Below, piece by piece: positions 50,207-61,284 of a DNA stretch of 64,000 bases. This DNA comes from an uncultured delta proteobacterium. GTDB taxonomy: Bacteria > Desulfobacterota > Binatia > Binatales > Binataceae. The position numbers and the translations under genes are program-made. Under the pieces are notes generated by a model. The model was not told where the DNA came from and made no database searches. It saw only the letters and a list, made by a program, of their open reading frames with translations. The DNA is taken from positions 160,001-224,000 of the forward strand of contig CAVXXK010000003.1 in the NCBI GenBank assembly GCA_963765675.1, in the 5' to 3' direction. The number at the start of each line of letters is the position of its first letter. Position 1 is the first letter of the stretch.

Positions 50207-51325
50207 TCAATTCAGACTGAAGGCGCGGGCGGCGTTGTTCCATAGGATTTTGCGGCGGCTCGTGTCGGAGATTGGCTGCTTCATGATTGCGCCGATACCC
50301 CACGGGAAAGTTCCGTCGGGATGCGGATAGTCGGTGTCCCACAGAAAATTGTCGTCGCCGATTATGTCGATCGCGGCCTTCATCGTGGGTTCGTCGCCGC
50401 GGAACGCGACGAAAAAATTCGATTTGAAATATTCCGTCGGACGCCGCTTCAGATACTCATGCTCCGAGTTACCGCTGAAGCCCCAATGCTGCTCCATCCG
50501 CTGGAGCCAGTACGGGACCCATCCGCCGTCGGCCTCCACCTGCACCACGCGCAGCTTCGGAAATTTTTCGATCACGCCGTACCAGATCAGCCCCGCCATC
50601 GCGGCCATCGCCTCGAACGGATGCGACAGGATATGGCCCGTGACGTGGGTGTCCATCCGATCGCCGAATGACTCGACCGACGCCGACGCGGAGTCATGCG
50701 TGGAGATCGGAAGGCCGAGCTTCTCGACCTCGGCCCACAGCGGCAGGTAGTCGTCATGAAAAAGCGTGCGGCCGCGCACCGGATTGGGCCGCACATAAAA
50801 GCTGACCGCACCCTTTCCGGCGGCGCGATGCGCTTCCTTGATCGATTCGTCTACGTCCTGCATCGGCAGGATCGCGGCCCAGCGCAGGCGTTTGGCGTCG
50901 CGCGAGCAAAAATCCGCGCTCCAATCGTTGTAGGCCCGGCAACACGCCGCGAGCAGTTTCGGATCGTGGAACTCGCGCCCGAGCATCTGGCCCGCCGCGG
51001 TCGGATAGATGATCTGGACATCGACGCCGTTCTCGTCCATGTCGATAATCCTGCTGTCGGCGCTGAACCCGGTCTTCGCGGCGCGCTCGAAGCGCTTCAT
51101 CGCCTTGCGCACCGCTTCGAGGAAGCCGGGTGCGGCCATCGGATACTTGCCCTTCTCGCGCGTGAACGGCTCGCCTTCGACCAGGAACGTGCGCCTGCCC
51201 GACTGCGCCGCGATCCCCATCTTCGGCGCCTCGGATTTGTAGCGCGTGTCGATGTACTTCTCGAACACGAAATCGGGTTCCATCAGATGCGTATCGGCAT
51301 CGACGATCTTAAATCCGTCTTTCAT
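50207..51325 (-). CDS. Amidohydrolase_2 family protein
   Basis: VDADTHLME, CRAYNDW, EADGGW and WDTDYPHPD. Confidence 0.9.
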   Translation of the reverse strand: MKDGFKIVDADTHLMEPDFVFEKYIDTRYKSEAPKMGIAAQSGRRTFLVEGEPFTREKGKYPMAAPGFLEAVRKAMKRFERAAKTGFSADSRIIDMDENGVDVQIIYPTAAGQMLGREFHDPKLLAACCRAYNDWSADFCSRDAKRLRWAAILPMQDVDESIKEAHRAAGKGAVSFYVRPNPVRGRTLFHDDYLPLWAEVEKLGLPISTHDSASASVESFGDRMDTHVTGHILSHPFEAMAAMAGLIWYGVIEKFPKLRVVQVEADGGWVPYWLQRMEQHWGFSGNSEHEYLKRRPTEYFKSNFFVAFRGDEPTMKAAIDIIGDDNFLWDTDYPHPDGTFPWGIGAIMKQPISDTSRRKILWNNAARAFSLN

Positions 51326-51380
51326 AAGATTGCTCCCTGGTGTTGCCGTCGTGATTTCTTCGGCTCCAACATTTGAAAAA

Positions 51381-52404
51381 TTATTGTCCGTGAGGGATGA
51401 TCAATGCCTTCACGCCCTGGCGTGCGCGCAGCAGCTCGAAGGCCTCGATTCCGTGCGAAAGTTCGTAGCGATGCGTCACCATCGGGAGCAGCGCGATCTG
51501 CCCGGACGAGACCATCGCGATCGCGCGGCGCCAGGTCTCGGGCGTGCGGATGCGCGAGTTGATCCAGGTCACGCCGTGAAAGAACATCCCGCGCAGATCG
51601 GCCGAAGCTCAGGTCGCGCGCCGGCCATCCGACCTCGACGAATTCGCCCCCGCGCCGAAGCAGCTCGCGTGGCGAATCGATCGCGCCTGACGCGTCGAAC
51701 AGCGCGTCGGCGCCGCCCTCCGGCAGCTTCGCGCGCGCTTGATCGATCCAGTCGCGATCGCTCGCGCATACCGTCGCGAAACCCATCGAGCGCGCGAGCT
51801 CGAGGCGTCCGGCGTCGGCCGCAAGCCCGGTGATCACGATCGAGCTCACGCCGAGCGCGCGCGCCGAGAGCGCAACCGACAGCCCGATCGGTCCCGGCCC
51901 CTCGACCACCGCGCTGTCGCCGGCCCGAAGCGACGACAACTCGACCGCGTGCAGTCCGGTCCCGAACGGTTCGAGCAGCGCCGCCGTCTCGAAGTCCATC
52001 GAGCCCGGCACCAGATGCGCGTTACCTACCGGCGCGATCGTATAGTCGGCGAACGCGCCCGATAGCGTGGTCGGCGAGGCGCAGAGATGGAACCGGCCTG
52101 CCCGGCAAGGACCGCATCGTGCGCAGTGCCCGAACGGATCGAGCGCGACGCGGTCGCCCGGCTTGAAGCCGGTCACGCCGCGGCCGACTTCGACCACTTC
52201 GCCGGCGGGTTCATGCCCCATCACGAACGGCATCTTGCCGACCATCCGGTCGGCGCCGAGTTCCCATTCATAAAGGTGCAGATCGGAGCCGCAGATTCCG
52301 CACGCGGCGATTCGGACCAGAAGCTGGTTTTCGCCCGGATGCGGTCTTGGCAGCTCGACGACATCGGCGCCAAACGCGGCGCGCGTTTTCGCGATCGCTT
52401 GCAT
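51381..52404 (-). CDS. Zinc-dependent alcohol dehydrogenase (MDR) (apparent frameshift near 51605)
   Basis: GICGSDLH, GHEPAG, CARCGPC...C and GPGPIG; C-terminus ...MVTHRYEL..GIEAFELL...VKALI is in an adjacent frame. Confidence 0.88.
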
Positions 52405-52483
52405 TGCGTGCCTCGCCCAATCAATACGACTTCGCGCGGCGTGGCGTCAAAGGCGAATCCAGCAGAAAAATCAGGAAGAAAGA

Positions 52484-53772
52484 TCAAACCCAGTGGCGTT
52501 GCGGGGCGCCGCGGTAGCGCATGCGGGGGCGGATCAGGCGGTTGTCGGCGTATTGCTCGAGCGCGTGCGCGATCCATCCGGCTGCCCGGCCGATTCCGAA
52601 AATCGCGGCGGGGATGCCGCGCGGAAACCCGAGCATCCGGGTCGATACCGTCAGATAGAAATCAAGATTCGGGCGCAGGCGATCGCGCTTCCACACCGCC
52701 TCCTCAACCTTGAGCGCGGCCTCGAAGAGCTTGCGTCCCTTGCGCCGCGCGAGAGTCTCGGCATGCGTTCTGCAGCAGCGCTGCGCGCGGATCGCCGGCG
52801 GAATAGATCGCGTGGCCGAAGCCAGGGGGCAGGCGATGCTCCCGCGCGATCGCGTCGAGACAATCAGCGACCTTCGTTCCCGCGTCGATCTGCGCGAACA
52901 TCTCCTCGATCCTATCGCAGGCTCCGCCGTGAATCGGACCCGAAAGCGAGCACAGCGCGGCCAGCACCGACGCGAACAGATCCGCGCCCGGTGCTCGCGA
53001 CCACTCGCGCTGCAAAGGTCGAGGCGTTGAGCTCGTGCTCGGCGCATGCGACCAGCACGCGGTCGAGCGCGGCGATCTCCCACTCCGGCGCGGAACTTCC
53101 GGCGACCGCCAGCAGCAGCCGCGCCGCCATCCCGGTGCCACTTGCCGGTCTTCCAATCGGATGAGTCCCGAGCGCGAGCGGCAGTTGGCTGATGATCAAT
53201 TTGGCGCGATCGATTCGCGCACGCGGCGCTTGCCGGCGATCCCACGCCGCCAGCGCCGGCAGCATCGCCGCCATCCGGAGCAGCGGCGGCGAGTCGGGGC
53301 CGACGGTCTCGATCGCGGCCGCGACCTCCGCGGCCATCGCGGCTCCCGCTATTTCCGCGCGCAACGCCGCGGTCTCGTCCGGCGACGGCCGTTCGCCGTT
53401 CCACAGGAGCAGGCAGACTTCTTCGTAGCAGGCGTGCTCGACGACCTCCTCGATCGGATAGCCGCGGTACGCGAGTTGCCCGTCGATAATCGAGCTGACG
53501 CCCGACTCGGCGACAATCACGCCCGGCGCCCTCGATTCCGAATTTTTCGGCTGCGCGACCGTGACCCACGACGACGCATCGGGGAGCGCGCGTCCTCTGC
53601 GCCCGCGTTCGGGAACGATAACTCCCCGCAACGCCTCGATATCGCCGCGCCGATAGAGCGCCTGGCGCCCTACCCTGCGCCGATAGCTTTTGAGCCATCC
53701 GCGACTGACGTAGGCGTAAAGCGTCCCGACTTTTACGCCGAGTGCGCCGGCCGCCTCGGCGGCGGTCAGCAT
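52484..53772 (-). CDS. Citrate synthase family protein with N-terminal helix-turn-helix (apparent frameshift near 52988)
   Basis: LTAAEAAGALGVKVGTLYAYVSRG HTH; EHELNASTFAARVVASTG; then GPIHGGA, PGFGH, NLDF and GWIAHALEQ in the next frame. Confidence 0.87.
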
Positions 53773-53909
53773 CTGGGTGCGATCGGAGTTGCGGGTAGCC
53801 ACCGCGCCATGACGCCATCGCGAGGCGATCGCGTCAAGAGCACCATTCGCGTTCAAGTTGCATCTAGTTTGGGCAACATATATACAGTTGGAAAACACAA
53901 CCCAAGGAG

Positions 53910-54737
53910 ATGGCCCAGATGCCAGCGCAAGCAAAGCAAGGTCCTATGCTGGAAAACATCAAGGAGCTCGGCAACCGGATAGACTGGAGCAAAACCGCGC
54001 ACGATTACGCGCAGCATCGCGCCGGATTTCCTGACGCATTCTTCGAGCGGCTGGCCGCGATGGAAATAATCCGCGCGGGGAACGCCGCGCTCGACCTCGG
54101 ATGCGGGACGGGCACGATCGCGCGCGGCCTTGCCAGACGCGGGATGCAAGTGACCGGGCTCGATCGTTTACCGGCGATGATGGAGCAGGCGGCCCGGCTC
54201 GACCGCGAAGCGGGGGTAAAGGTCCGCTATGTCACCGCGGCGGCGGAGAACACAGGTCTCAACGACAAGAGCTTCGACCTGGTGACGGCGGGACAATGCT
54301 GGCAATGGTTCGACAGCAGGCGCGCGGCCGCCGAGGTGCGCCGCGTTCTCAAGCCGGGCGGGCGGTTCGTCCTCGCGAACTTCGACTGGATACCGCTGCC
54401 GGGCAACGTCGCCGACAAGACCGAGAAGCTCATCATGAAGCACAACCCGTCCTGGAAGCTGAACGGCGGGATGGGGATTCATCCGCTGTACGCTCACGTG
54501 CTCGGCCTGTCGGACTTCCGGAATATCGAGACGTTCTCGTTCGACCTCGACGCGCCCTACACGCACGAATCGTGGCGCGGGCGGATTCGCGCGAGCGCCG
54601 GAATCGGCGCTGATCTCAAGCCCGACGCGGTGAAGCGTTTTGACGCGGAGATGGCCGCGATGCTCGATGAGAAATTTCCCGGCGATCCGCTGCCGGTGCA
54701 TCACCGCGTCTTCGCCGCGATCGGCGTCGTGCCGTGA
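53910..54737 (+). CDS. Class I SAM-dependent methyltransferase
   Basis: ALDLGCGTG, FDLVTAGQCWQWF and RRVLKPGG. Confidence 0.9.
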   Translation: MAQMPAQAKQGPMLENIKELGNRIDWSKTAHDYAQHRAGFPDAFFERLAAMEIIRAGNAALDLGCGTGTIARGLARRGMQVTGLDRLPAMMEQAARLDREAGVKVRYVTAAAENTGLNDKSFDLVTAGQCWQWFDSRRAAAEVRRVLKPGGRFVLANFDWIPLPGNVADKTEKLIMKHNPSWKLNGGMGIHPLYAHVLGLSDFRNIETFSFDLDAPYTHESWRGRIRASAGIGADLKPDAVKRFDAEMAAMLDEKFPGDPLPVHHRVFAAIGVVP

Positions 54738-54745
54738 GACGGGGA

Positions 54746-54770
54746 ACCACAGGCTAAAGCCTGTGCCACT
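54746..54770. repeat. Single short REP-like palindrome
   Basis: cacaggctaaagcctgtgccac (cacaggct/agcctgtg stem). Confidence 0.5.
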
Positions 54771-54805
54771 TAAGCCTCAATCATTTTCCTCAGGAGGATT
54801 CTGGG

Positions 54806-55297
54806 ATGGCCAACTCGCCGAACGTTGTGCATCAGGAGGAAATGCAGTGGATCGAGAATTCGCGCGGCAGCGGTTTTGCCTTTAAGCGCAAGCTGCTCGG
54901 ACAAGCGGCGGGAAGCGTGCAGCTCGGATGCAGCCTGTTCGAGATTTCGCCGGGAAAGTCGGCGTGGCCGTTTCACTATCACTGGGCCAACGAGGAGGCG
55001 ATCTACATCCTCGACGGCGCGGGCACGCTGCGGCTTGGCGATGAGAAGATCGAGGTACGCACCGGCGACTATATCGCGATGCCGGCCGGTCCGGCGCATC
55101 CGCATCGTTTGATCAATACTTCCAACGCGCCGCTGCGCTACCTGTGCTTCTCGACCGTGATCGAAACCGAGGTCTGCGTTTATCCCGACTCAAAGAAGGT
55201 CGCAGTCGGGATCGGCCCGACGGGCAAAAAGGTCTTCGGCGCGATCTATCGGCGCGGAACCGAGGTCGATTACTACGACGGCGAACCCGGCGCGTAG
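54806..55297 (+). CDS. Cupin domain protein
   Basis: PFHYHWANEEAIYILDG, PH.LIN and YPDSKK. Confidence 0.9.
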   Translation: MANSPNVVHQEEMQWIENSRGSGFAFKRKLLGQAAGSVQLGCSLFEISPGKSAWPFHYHWANEEAIYILDGAGTLRLGDEKIEVRTGDYIAMPAGPAHPHRLINTSNAPLRYLCFSTVIETEVCVYPDSKKVAVGIGPTGKKVFGAIYRRGTEVDYYDGEPGA

Positions 55298-55935
55298 CGC
55301 GCGAGTATCGCAGGCAGATCGGCCGGCGCGTCGCAGTTCATATGCGTACCAGAAAGTTCGTCGCGCGTGCCGTAGCCCCAGAGCGCACCGATCGTGACGA
55401 TCCCAGCCGCACGTCCGCCATCTATATCGTGAGCACGATCGCCGACCATCGCGGTGGCACGCGCCTCGAGGCATGCGACATCAAGCACGTGCGGCACCAG
55501 CTTGCGCTTGTCGGCGAAGCGGCCATCGAGCTCGCTGCCGTAAACGCCTTCGAAGAAATCGCGGAGCTTGAACTCGGCGAGAATCCGCTCGGCGCTGGAA
55601 GTAAGTTTCGAGGTCGCGACGAACAGGCGGCGCCCCGATGCGAGCGCCGTCAGCATCGCAGGCACCCCGTCGTACACGAGGTTTTCGCGGAATCCGATTG
55701 ACTCGTAGCGTTTGAGGTAATGCGCGAAGGCGCGATCGATAAGCATCGAATCGTCGGTGCTCAAAAGCCGCGCGAAGTTTTCGCGCATCGGCGGTCCGAC
55801 GCACCATCCGAGTGAGTCTTCGGGCGACGGCTCGACGCCGAGCGCGCGGATTGCGTGCCGGATCGATTTGATGATGCCCACGCGAGAGTCGGTCAGAGTT
55901 CCGTCAAGATCAAAAAGCAAGTTGTTGATTCGCAT
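55273..55935 (-). CDS. HAD family hydrolase (phosphoglycolate phosphatase/5'-nucleotidase-like)
   Basis: FDLDGTLTDS, VATSK and MVGDRAHD. Confidence 0.9.
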   Translation of the reverse strand: MRINNLLFDLDGTLTDSRVGIIKSIRHAIRALGVEPSPEDSLGWCVGPPMRENFARLLSTDDSMLIDRAFAHYLKRYESIGFRENLVYDGVPAMLTALASGRRLFVATSKLTSSAERILAEFKLRDFFEGVYGSELDGRFADKRKLVPHVLDVACLEARATAMVGDRAHDIDGGRAAGIVTIGALWGYGTRDELSGTHMNCDAPADLPAILARYAPGSPS

Positions 55936-56022
55936 TCGATGCAGACCCGGTTCGACATTTGCGTTGCTTCGAGACTATAGGAAAGTTTCGCGTATCACCG
56001 CACATTGGCCTGGAGTTCGAGC

Positions 56023-57094
56023 ATGGAATTTGGAACTTTGATTTTCACCAAGCCGGATCGGATCGTGCACGACGTGCCGCACGCGGAGGCGCGAGGATTC
56101 TCGCACGCGTGGATTCCCGACTCACATATGATCTGGGGCGATACCTACGCGTGCATGGCGATCGCCGCGACCTGCACCAAGCGCATCAAGCTCGGCACCG
56201 GAGTCGCCGTCGCGTCGAACCGGATTGCGCCGGTGACGGTGCATTCGATCGCGACCATCAACCAACTCGCCCCCGGCCGCACGATCCTTGGTTTCGGAAC
56301 CGGACATACCGGGCGCCGCGTTATGGGCTTGCCGCCGGTGCGGCACGAGGATTTTCGCGAGCAGGTCCGCGTGATTCACGATCTGCTCGCAACCGGCGAG
56401 GCGAGCTATCGGACCGAGGGACTCGAGCGCAAGATTCGCTTCCTGCATCGCGACCGCCGCTTCATCAACCTGGACGACAAGATTCCGTTCTACGTCGCCG
56501 CCAACGGACCCAAAACGCTCGCGCTTGCGGGCGAGTTCGGCGACGGTATTATCACGACCGGCGTCGCAACGCCCGAGCGTGTTGCCGCCGTGCGCAAGCA
56601 CGCGCAGGCCGGAGCGTCAAAGGCCGGACGCGACGCGTCGAAGCTGCCGATTGTGTCGCTGACCCATGTGTGCGTGCTCAAACCCGGCGAGGCGATCGAC
56701 TCGCCGCGGGTGAAGGCGATGACGGGGCATTGGGTGATGGCCTCGATGCACGCGATCGTGGCGGGATACGCGAGTCCGAATTCGCTGCCGCCCGGTGCGC
56801 GCAAGGTCTACGACGCGTACGCCGAGCACGTCGCGGCGCTCAAGACTCCCGCGGCGGAGCGCTACCTCGACGTTCATATCGGGCACTGCTGCTTCGTTGC
56901 GCCGGAGGAAAAAAGATTCGTGACGGCAGAGACGATCGGCGGCGACCACCATCGTCGGTCCGCGCGAGGCCGTGCTCGAGCAGCTCCGCGCCTTGGACAA
57001 GGCGGGCCTCAGCCAGATTTTTCTCAATCCGCCGATGGACGGATTCGACGAATGCCTTGACGACATCTCGCGCGACGTGATCGAGAAACTTTAG
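56023..57094 (+). CDS. LLM class flavin-dependent oxidoreductase (apparent frameshift near 56938)
   Basis: WIPDSH, LGTGV, LAPGRTILGFGTG and GPKTLALAGEFGDG; tail TIVGPREAVLEQLRALDKAG...VIEKL* is in the +1 frame. Confidence 0.87.
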
Positions 57095-57138
57095 GCATCG
57101 CGTTTGCCCATTTTCACGGCGGCCCCTAGACTTGCGCG

Positions 57139-57900
57139 ATGGCGATCGGCAGGGAAATTGAGCGGGCTCAGCGCCTGGGCCTGTTGCCGTATGCGCAGTA
57201 CCGGAGCCTGCGGCTGCGCAACCGCTTCTTCAAAGTCGCCAACCTGCTGGGACCCGAGCGCCATCAATGCCCGTGCTGCGGATGGCGCGGGATGCGCTTT
57301 CTTGATTACATCCGCGAGGACGTGATTGTGCCGGCATCGGTATGCCTCCGATGCCGCAGCCATGCGCGCCACCGGGTCCTGGTGTTGTATCTCGAAGAGT
57401 TGCTGCGCGCGATGCCGGAGCATTCCTCGATTCTACATTTCGCTCCCGAGCGCGCGTTGTCCCGCGTCTTCGAGTCGCATCGCAAATTCTTATACGTGGG
57501 CGTCGATATCGGGAGACGCGCCATCAGCGCGCGCGCCGACATGACCGCGATCCCGTTTCGCTCTTACGCGTTCGACCTGGTGCTCTCGAGCCATGTGCTC
57601 GAACACGTGGAGGACGAGCGTGCCGCGCTTGACGAGATCGCCCGAGTGCTCACTCCGGGAGGATGCGCGGTGATCATGGTGCCGATGGTGCCAAATTGGC
57701 GCCAGATGCCTACGGTGGAATTTGGACGGGCGAACTATCAAGGTCACTGGCGCCAATATGGAAGTGATCTGGCCGCCCGGATCGATGCCTGCGGCCTTCG
57801 ATGCGCGATCGTGCAGCCGGGCGAGTACGCGCCGCGCGAGCTCTGCCTGCGCTACGAGATCACCGATGTTCCGATTTTCGTCGCAACCAAACCGGCCTGA
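57139..57900 (+). CDS. Methyltransferase domain protein with N-terminal Zn-ribbon
   Basis: CPCCG...CLRCRS..RHR, ILHFAPE and SHVLEHVED. Confidence 0.85.
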   Translation: MAIGREIERAQRLGLLPYAQYRSLRLRNRFFKVANLLGPERHQCPCCGWRGMRFLDYIREDVIVPASVCLRCRSHARHRVLVLYLEELLRAMPEHSSILHFAPERALSRVFESHRKFLYVGVDIGRRAISARADMTAIPFRSYAFDLVLSSHVLEHVEDERAALDEIARVLTPGGCAVIMVPMVPNWRQMPTVEFGRANYQGHWRQYGSDLAARIDACGLRCAIVQPGEYAPRELCLRYEITDVPIFVATKPA

Positions 57901-57930
57901 CGCCGCGCAGGCCGCAGCCAGAGCGCGAAG

Positions 57931-59178
57931 CTAAAACGGGTAGTTGATTCCGGAGAAGACCGCCGCACCCTCGCCGCCCCATCCGACGTCGACGTAGCCG
58001 ACTACGAACGGTTCCGCGATTCCGCGAAAGCCAACTCCGCCTACCGGGTGCAGCGCGGACCACGCCACCGGATCATAGCCCATCGAGCGCGCGACGCGGC
58101 CCGCCTCCGCGAACGGTGCGATCTCGAGCGTGCCGTGAGTGCCAAACAGATTCGCGTCGTAAACCCGGGTGCGAACTTCGAAATTCCCGACCGAGAGATT
58201 GTTGTCAACGAAACGGCCGGTGCCGTAGCCGCGCAGCGGCTGCTGATCCGCGAGCTCGCTGTCGTCGCCGCCAAGCCGCGCCATCGCCCAGAACGGCATC
58301 TCGCCGCCGGCCGGCTCGTATTCGGTGAACAGATGCCCGACCAGAGTGATTCGCGATCCGATCGGATAGTACTGCCGGATCTCGGCGCCGAAGCGATTGT
58401 ACGAAACCGAGCTGGCGAATCTCCGATCCGCGACCCCGTAGAAAATCCGGAAGAGTCCGCCATGGCGCGGGATATCCACCGAGTCGCGCGAGTCGTACTG
58501 GAGCATCACTTGGGTCAGAATCTCGCTGCCGCCGCCGAGACCCTTTTGATTCGGGAACTGCTGCGAGATGTCCGGCAGATTGTTGAATGCGCCTTTCTGA
58601 ATGCGAATCCATCGCGGCCGTTCCATCACCGAGAGCTGCAACTTGTCGGTGAAATTCAGGCCGACGATTCCTTCCGCATAGAGCTGCTGGGTGGTGTAGT
58701 TCGACTCGTTGCCTTCTGACGAATCGTTGCCGACCCCGTAGAAACGCTCGGTTGGATCGCGCTCGAAATACAGGCGGCCCTCGTACGTGAACCAGTTCTT
58801 GTGAGTTCGTCCGCCCTGATAGTCGAGATCGACTTTGCGCGCGATGTTCCAGGATCCGCCGGCAACCGTGTACCAGTTGATATCCTCGGAAGGATAGGCG
58901 AGATAGCGGAAATTGCCGCCAGCGCCAAGCGTCGTATTCCAGTTGATATCGGGTGCTATGATGTTGCGAATCTGATCCTTGGAATCGGTGTCGAGATAAA
59001 CCGGCAGGATGCCGACCGTGGTTCCGGCGTTGGGATCGGTCGCAACCTCGGGAACCGGGATGACGGGCCACGACGTCGGATTCATCAAGTCGAAGGCCGA
59101 CGCCGACGTCGCGCAAGCGAGCAGCGCAATCATCGCGGCAAAAGCGATCCTGCCGGCCAATCCGATCCTGATTGTCAT
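57931..59178 (-). CDS. Omp85/BamA-TamA family outer-membrane beta-barrel (no obvious POTRA domains)
   Basis: Signal peptide, YDSRD, LRGYGTGRF.D motif and C-terminal aromatic ...GINYPF. Confidence 0.8.
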   Translation of the reverse strand: MTIRIGLAGRIAFAAMIALLACATSASAFDLMNPTSWPVIPVPEVATDPNAGTTVGILPVYLDTDSKDQIRNIIAPDINWNTTLGAGGNFRYLAYPSEDINWYTVAGGSWNIARKVDLDYQGGRTHKNWFTYEGRLYFERDPTERFYGVGNDSSEGNESNYTTQQLYAEGIVGLNFTDKLQLSVMERPRWIRIQKGAFNNLPDISQQFPNQKGLGGGSEILTQVMLQYDSRDSVDIPRHGGLFRIFYGVADRRFASSVSYNRFGAEIRQYYPIGSRITLVGHLFTEYEPAGGEMPFWAMARLGGDDSELADQQPLRGYGTGRFVDNNLSVGNFEVRTRVYDANLFGTHGTLEIAPFAEAGRVARSMGYDPVAWSALHPVGGVGFRGIAEPFVVGYVDVGWGGEGAAVFSGINYPF

Positions 59179-59565
59179 TCGCGACTCTGAAACCTTACGC
59201 GACCCTGAAAGTTACGAAACTTTAATCTTCGTCGCGCGTCTTCCAAGGCTCGCCCGCGCGATGCGATGAACAAAAGTGGCAGTCTTGACGAGGAGGATCA
59301 ACCATCCCCCGCACGAAAATCTCTCCAGCACCAATCTTCCCACTTGTCTCCTTCATAGCCTCCACCAGCTTCCGCACGTTTCTTCCACAATGTGCCGCGC
59401 GCGGGATAACTTCGGCTTTTCGCTGCCGAGTGAAATGTGCAAGGATTCGAACCGAACGAATCCCGTATCGCGAAATCGGCGCGACCCGCACGGCGCGGGC
59501 GCGTACCGGCACCGTCATCATGGGCGGCGCCGCGCGGCGGGAATAATCGCACGGAGGGATTTCAG

Positions 59566-61260
59566 ATGGCTAAGCGAGACGGCGGCGAACTGATCGCCCG
59601 CGTGATGCGGGAAAATCGCGTTCGCTATTGCTTTGCAATTAACGGCGGACACTTGTTCCCGATCCTCGCGCAACTGCGCGACAACGACATCAAGCTGATC
59701 CACATGCGCCACGAACAGGCTACCGCCTACGCCGCCGACGCATACGCCCGCAGCTCGGGCGAGGTGGGAGTGTGCATGGTCACGGCAGGATGCGGTCTCA
59801 CCAACGCGGTCACCGGACTTTGCGTCGCGGGTCTGACCAACAGCGCGGTGGTCTGCATCTCGGGACAGCATCCCAACACCGAAGACCATCTGGGATCGTT
59901 CCAGGAGGCTTACGGCTCGGAAGTCGTGAAGAGCTTCTCGAAGTTCACCAAGCGCGTGACCGACTGGAGCTCGATCGAGTTCGATCTGCGCTCGGCTTTT
60001 CGCGAGGCGATCTCGCCGCCGCAGGGCGTCGCGCTGTTCGAGATCCCGCAGAACATTCTCTATCACCATGAAGAAGAAGCCGGGCAGCGCAAGGGCGCGC
60101 GCGGCTTCACGCTCGACGACGTGCGCGGCGCGGGCGACCCGGCCAAGATCGATCGCGCGGTCGAGATGCTGCACGCGGCCGAGCGCCCGGTAATCGCGGG
60201 CGGCGACGGACTGTTCTGGTCGCAGGCGGGCGCGGAGCTGCGCGAGTTCGTCGAACTGACAGGGATCCCGGTTTACACGCGGCGCGCGGGCCAGGGCGCG
60301 GTTTCTGAAGAGCATCCGCTCGCGATTCGAGGCGCGTGGAAGAAGCCGTTCACCGGAAAGGCCGACGTGGTGCTGGCGGTCGGCTTCCGCTTCTGGAGCG
60401 GCGAACATTTCGGACAGCCACCGACGTGGACCGACAAGGCCAAGTACATCCAGGTCGATCCGACTCCGACGCGCATCGGATGGCAGGTCAATGCCGATCT
60501 TCCGATCGTCGGCGATTGCAAACTCGTGCTGCGCCAGATGATCGATCGGATCAAAGAACTCAAGCTCGACTTCTCGAAGAACAAGACTTCCGAATGGACC
60601 AAGGAAGTCGGCACGACGCGCGCGCGCTTCGAAGCGCAGATCAAGGAACAGAACAGCAAGGTCATCGCGAACAAACCGATTCATCCGGCGCGCCTGTGCG
60701 AGGACCTGATCAAGGTGCTCGACAAGAACGCGACTACGATCATCGACAGCTTCACGCTCTCCGGATGGATGAGCCGCGCGTTCACCTGCCGCTTCATGGG
60801 CCAGGTGGTTGACGCGGGACCGCTGGCGCCCGTCGGCCATGGGGTCGGGATGGGCATCGGCGCGCAGCTAGCGCGGCCGGGACAGCAGGTGGTGGTGATC
60901 GAAGGCGACGGCGGACTCGGCATCGGCGGCTTCGACATGGAAACCGCGGCGCGCTACAAGCTGCCGATCGTCACCGTGCTGTGGAACAATAGCTCGTGGG
61001 GTCCGAATTTCGATCAGATGCCGGGGCTCAAGGGCAAGACCGATCCGTTCAACATGCTCAAGGACATCCGCTACGACAAGATTTTCGCCGAGATGGGATG
61101 CCACGGCGAGCAGGTCGAGACGCCGGAGCAGATCATTCCGGCGCTCGAGCGCGCGTTCAAGTCGGGCAAGCCGGCGATGATCAACGTGATCGGCGACACC
61201 AGCGTCGGCAACGCGACGCTCGGCGGCAATCTGCTCGGATCGACCGGCTCGAAAGGCTGA
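59566..61260 (+). CDS. Thiamine pyrophosphate-binding enzyme (2-hydroxyacyl-CoA lyase/acetolactate synthase-like)
   Basis: RHEQATAYAADAYAR and GDGGLG...NNSSWG TPP motif; GGAGG RBS. Confidence 0.9.
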   Translation: MAKRDGGELIARVMRENRVRYCFAINGGHLFPILAQLRDNDIKLIHMRHEQATAYAADAYARSSGEVGVCMVTAGCGLTNAVTGLCVAGLTNSAVVCISGQHPNTEDHLGSFQEAYGSEVVKSFSKFTKRVTDWSSIEFDLRSAFREAISPPQGVALFEIPQNILYHHEEEAGQRKGARGFTLDDVRGAGDPAKIDRAVEMLHAAERPVIAGGDGLFWSQAGAELREFVELTGIPVYTRRAGQGAVSEEHPLAIRGAWKKPFTGKADVVLAVGFRFWSGEHFGQPPTWTDKAKYIQVDPTPTRIGWQVNADLPIVGDCKLVLRQMIDRIKELKLDFSKNKTSEWTKEVGTTRARFEAQIKEQNSKVIANKPIHPARLCEDLIKVLDKNATTIIDSFTLSGWMSRAFTCRFMGQVVDAGPLAPVGHGVGMGIGAQLARPGQQVVVIEGDGGLGIGGFDMETAARYKLPIVTVLWNNSSWGPNFDQMPGLKGKTDPFNMLKDIRYDKIFAEMGCHGEQVETPEQIIPALERAFKSGKPAMINVIGDTSVGNATLGGNLLGSTGSKG

Positions 61261-61284
61261 TCGAATTAGCGCTCGCGATTGCAA

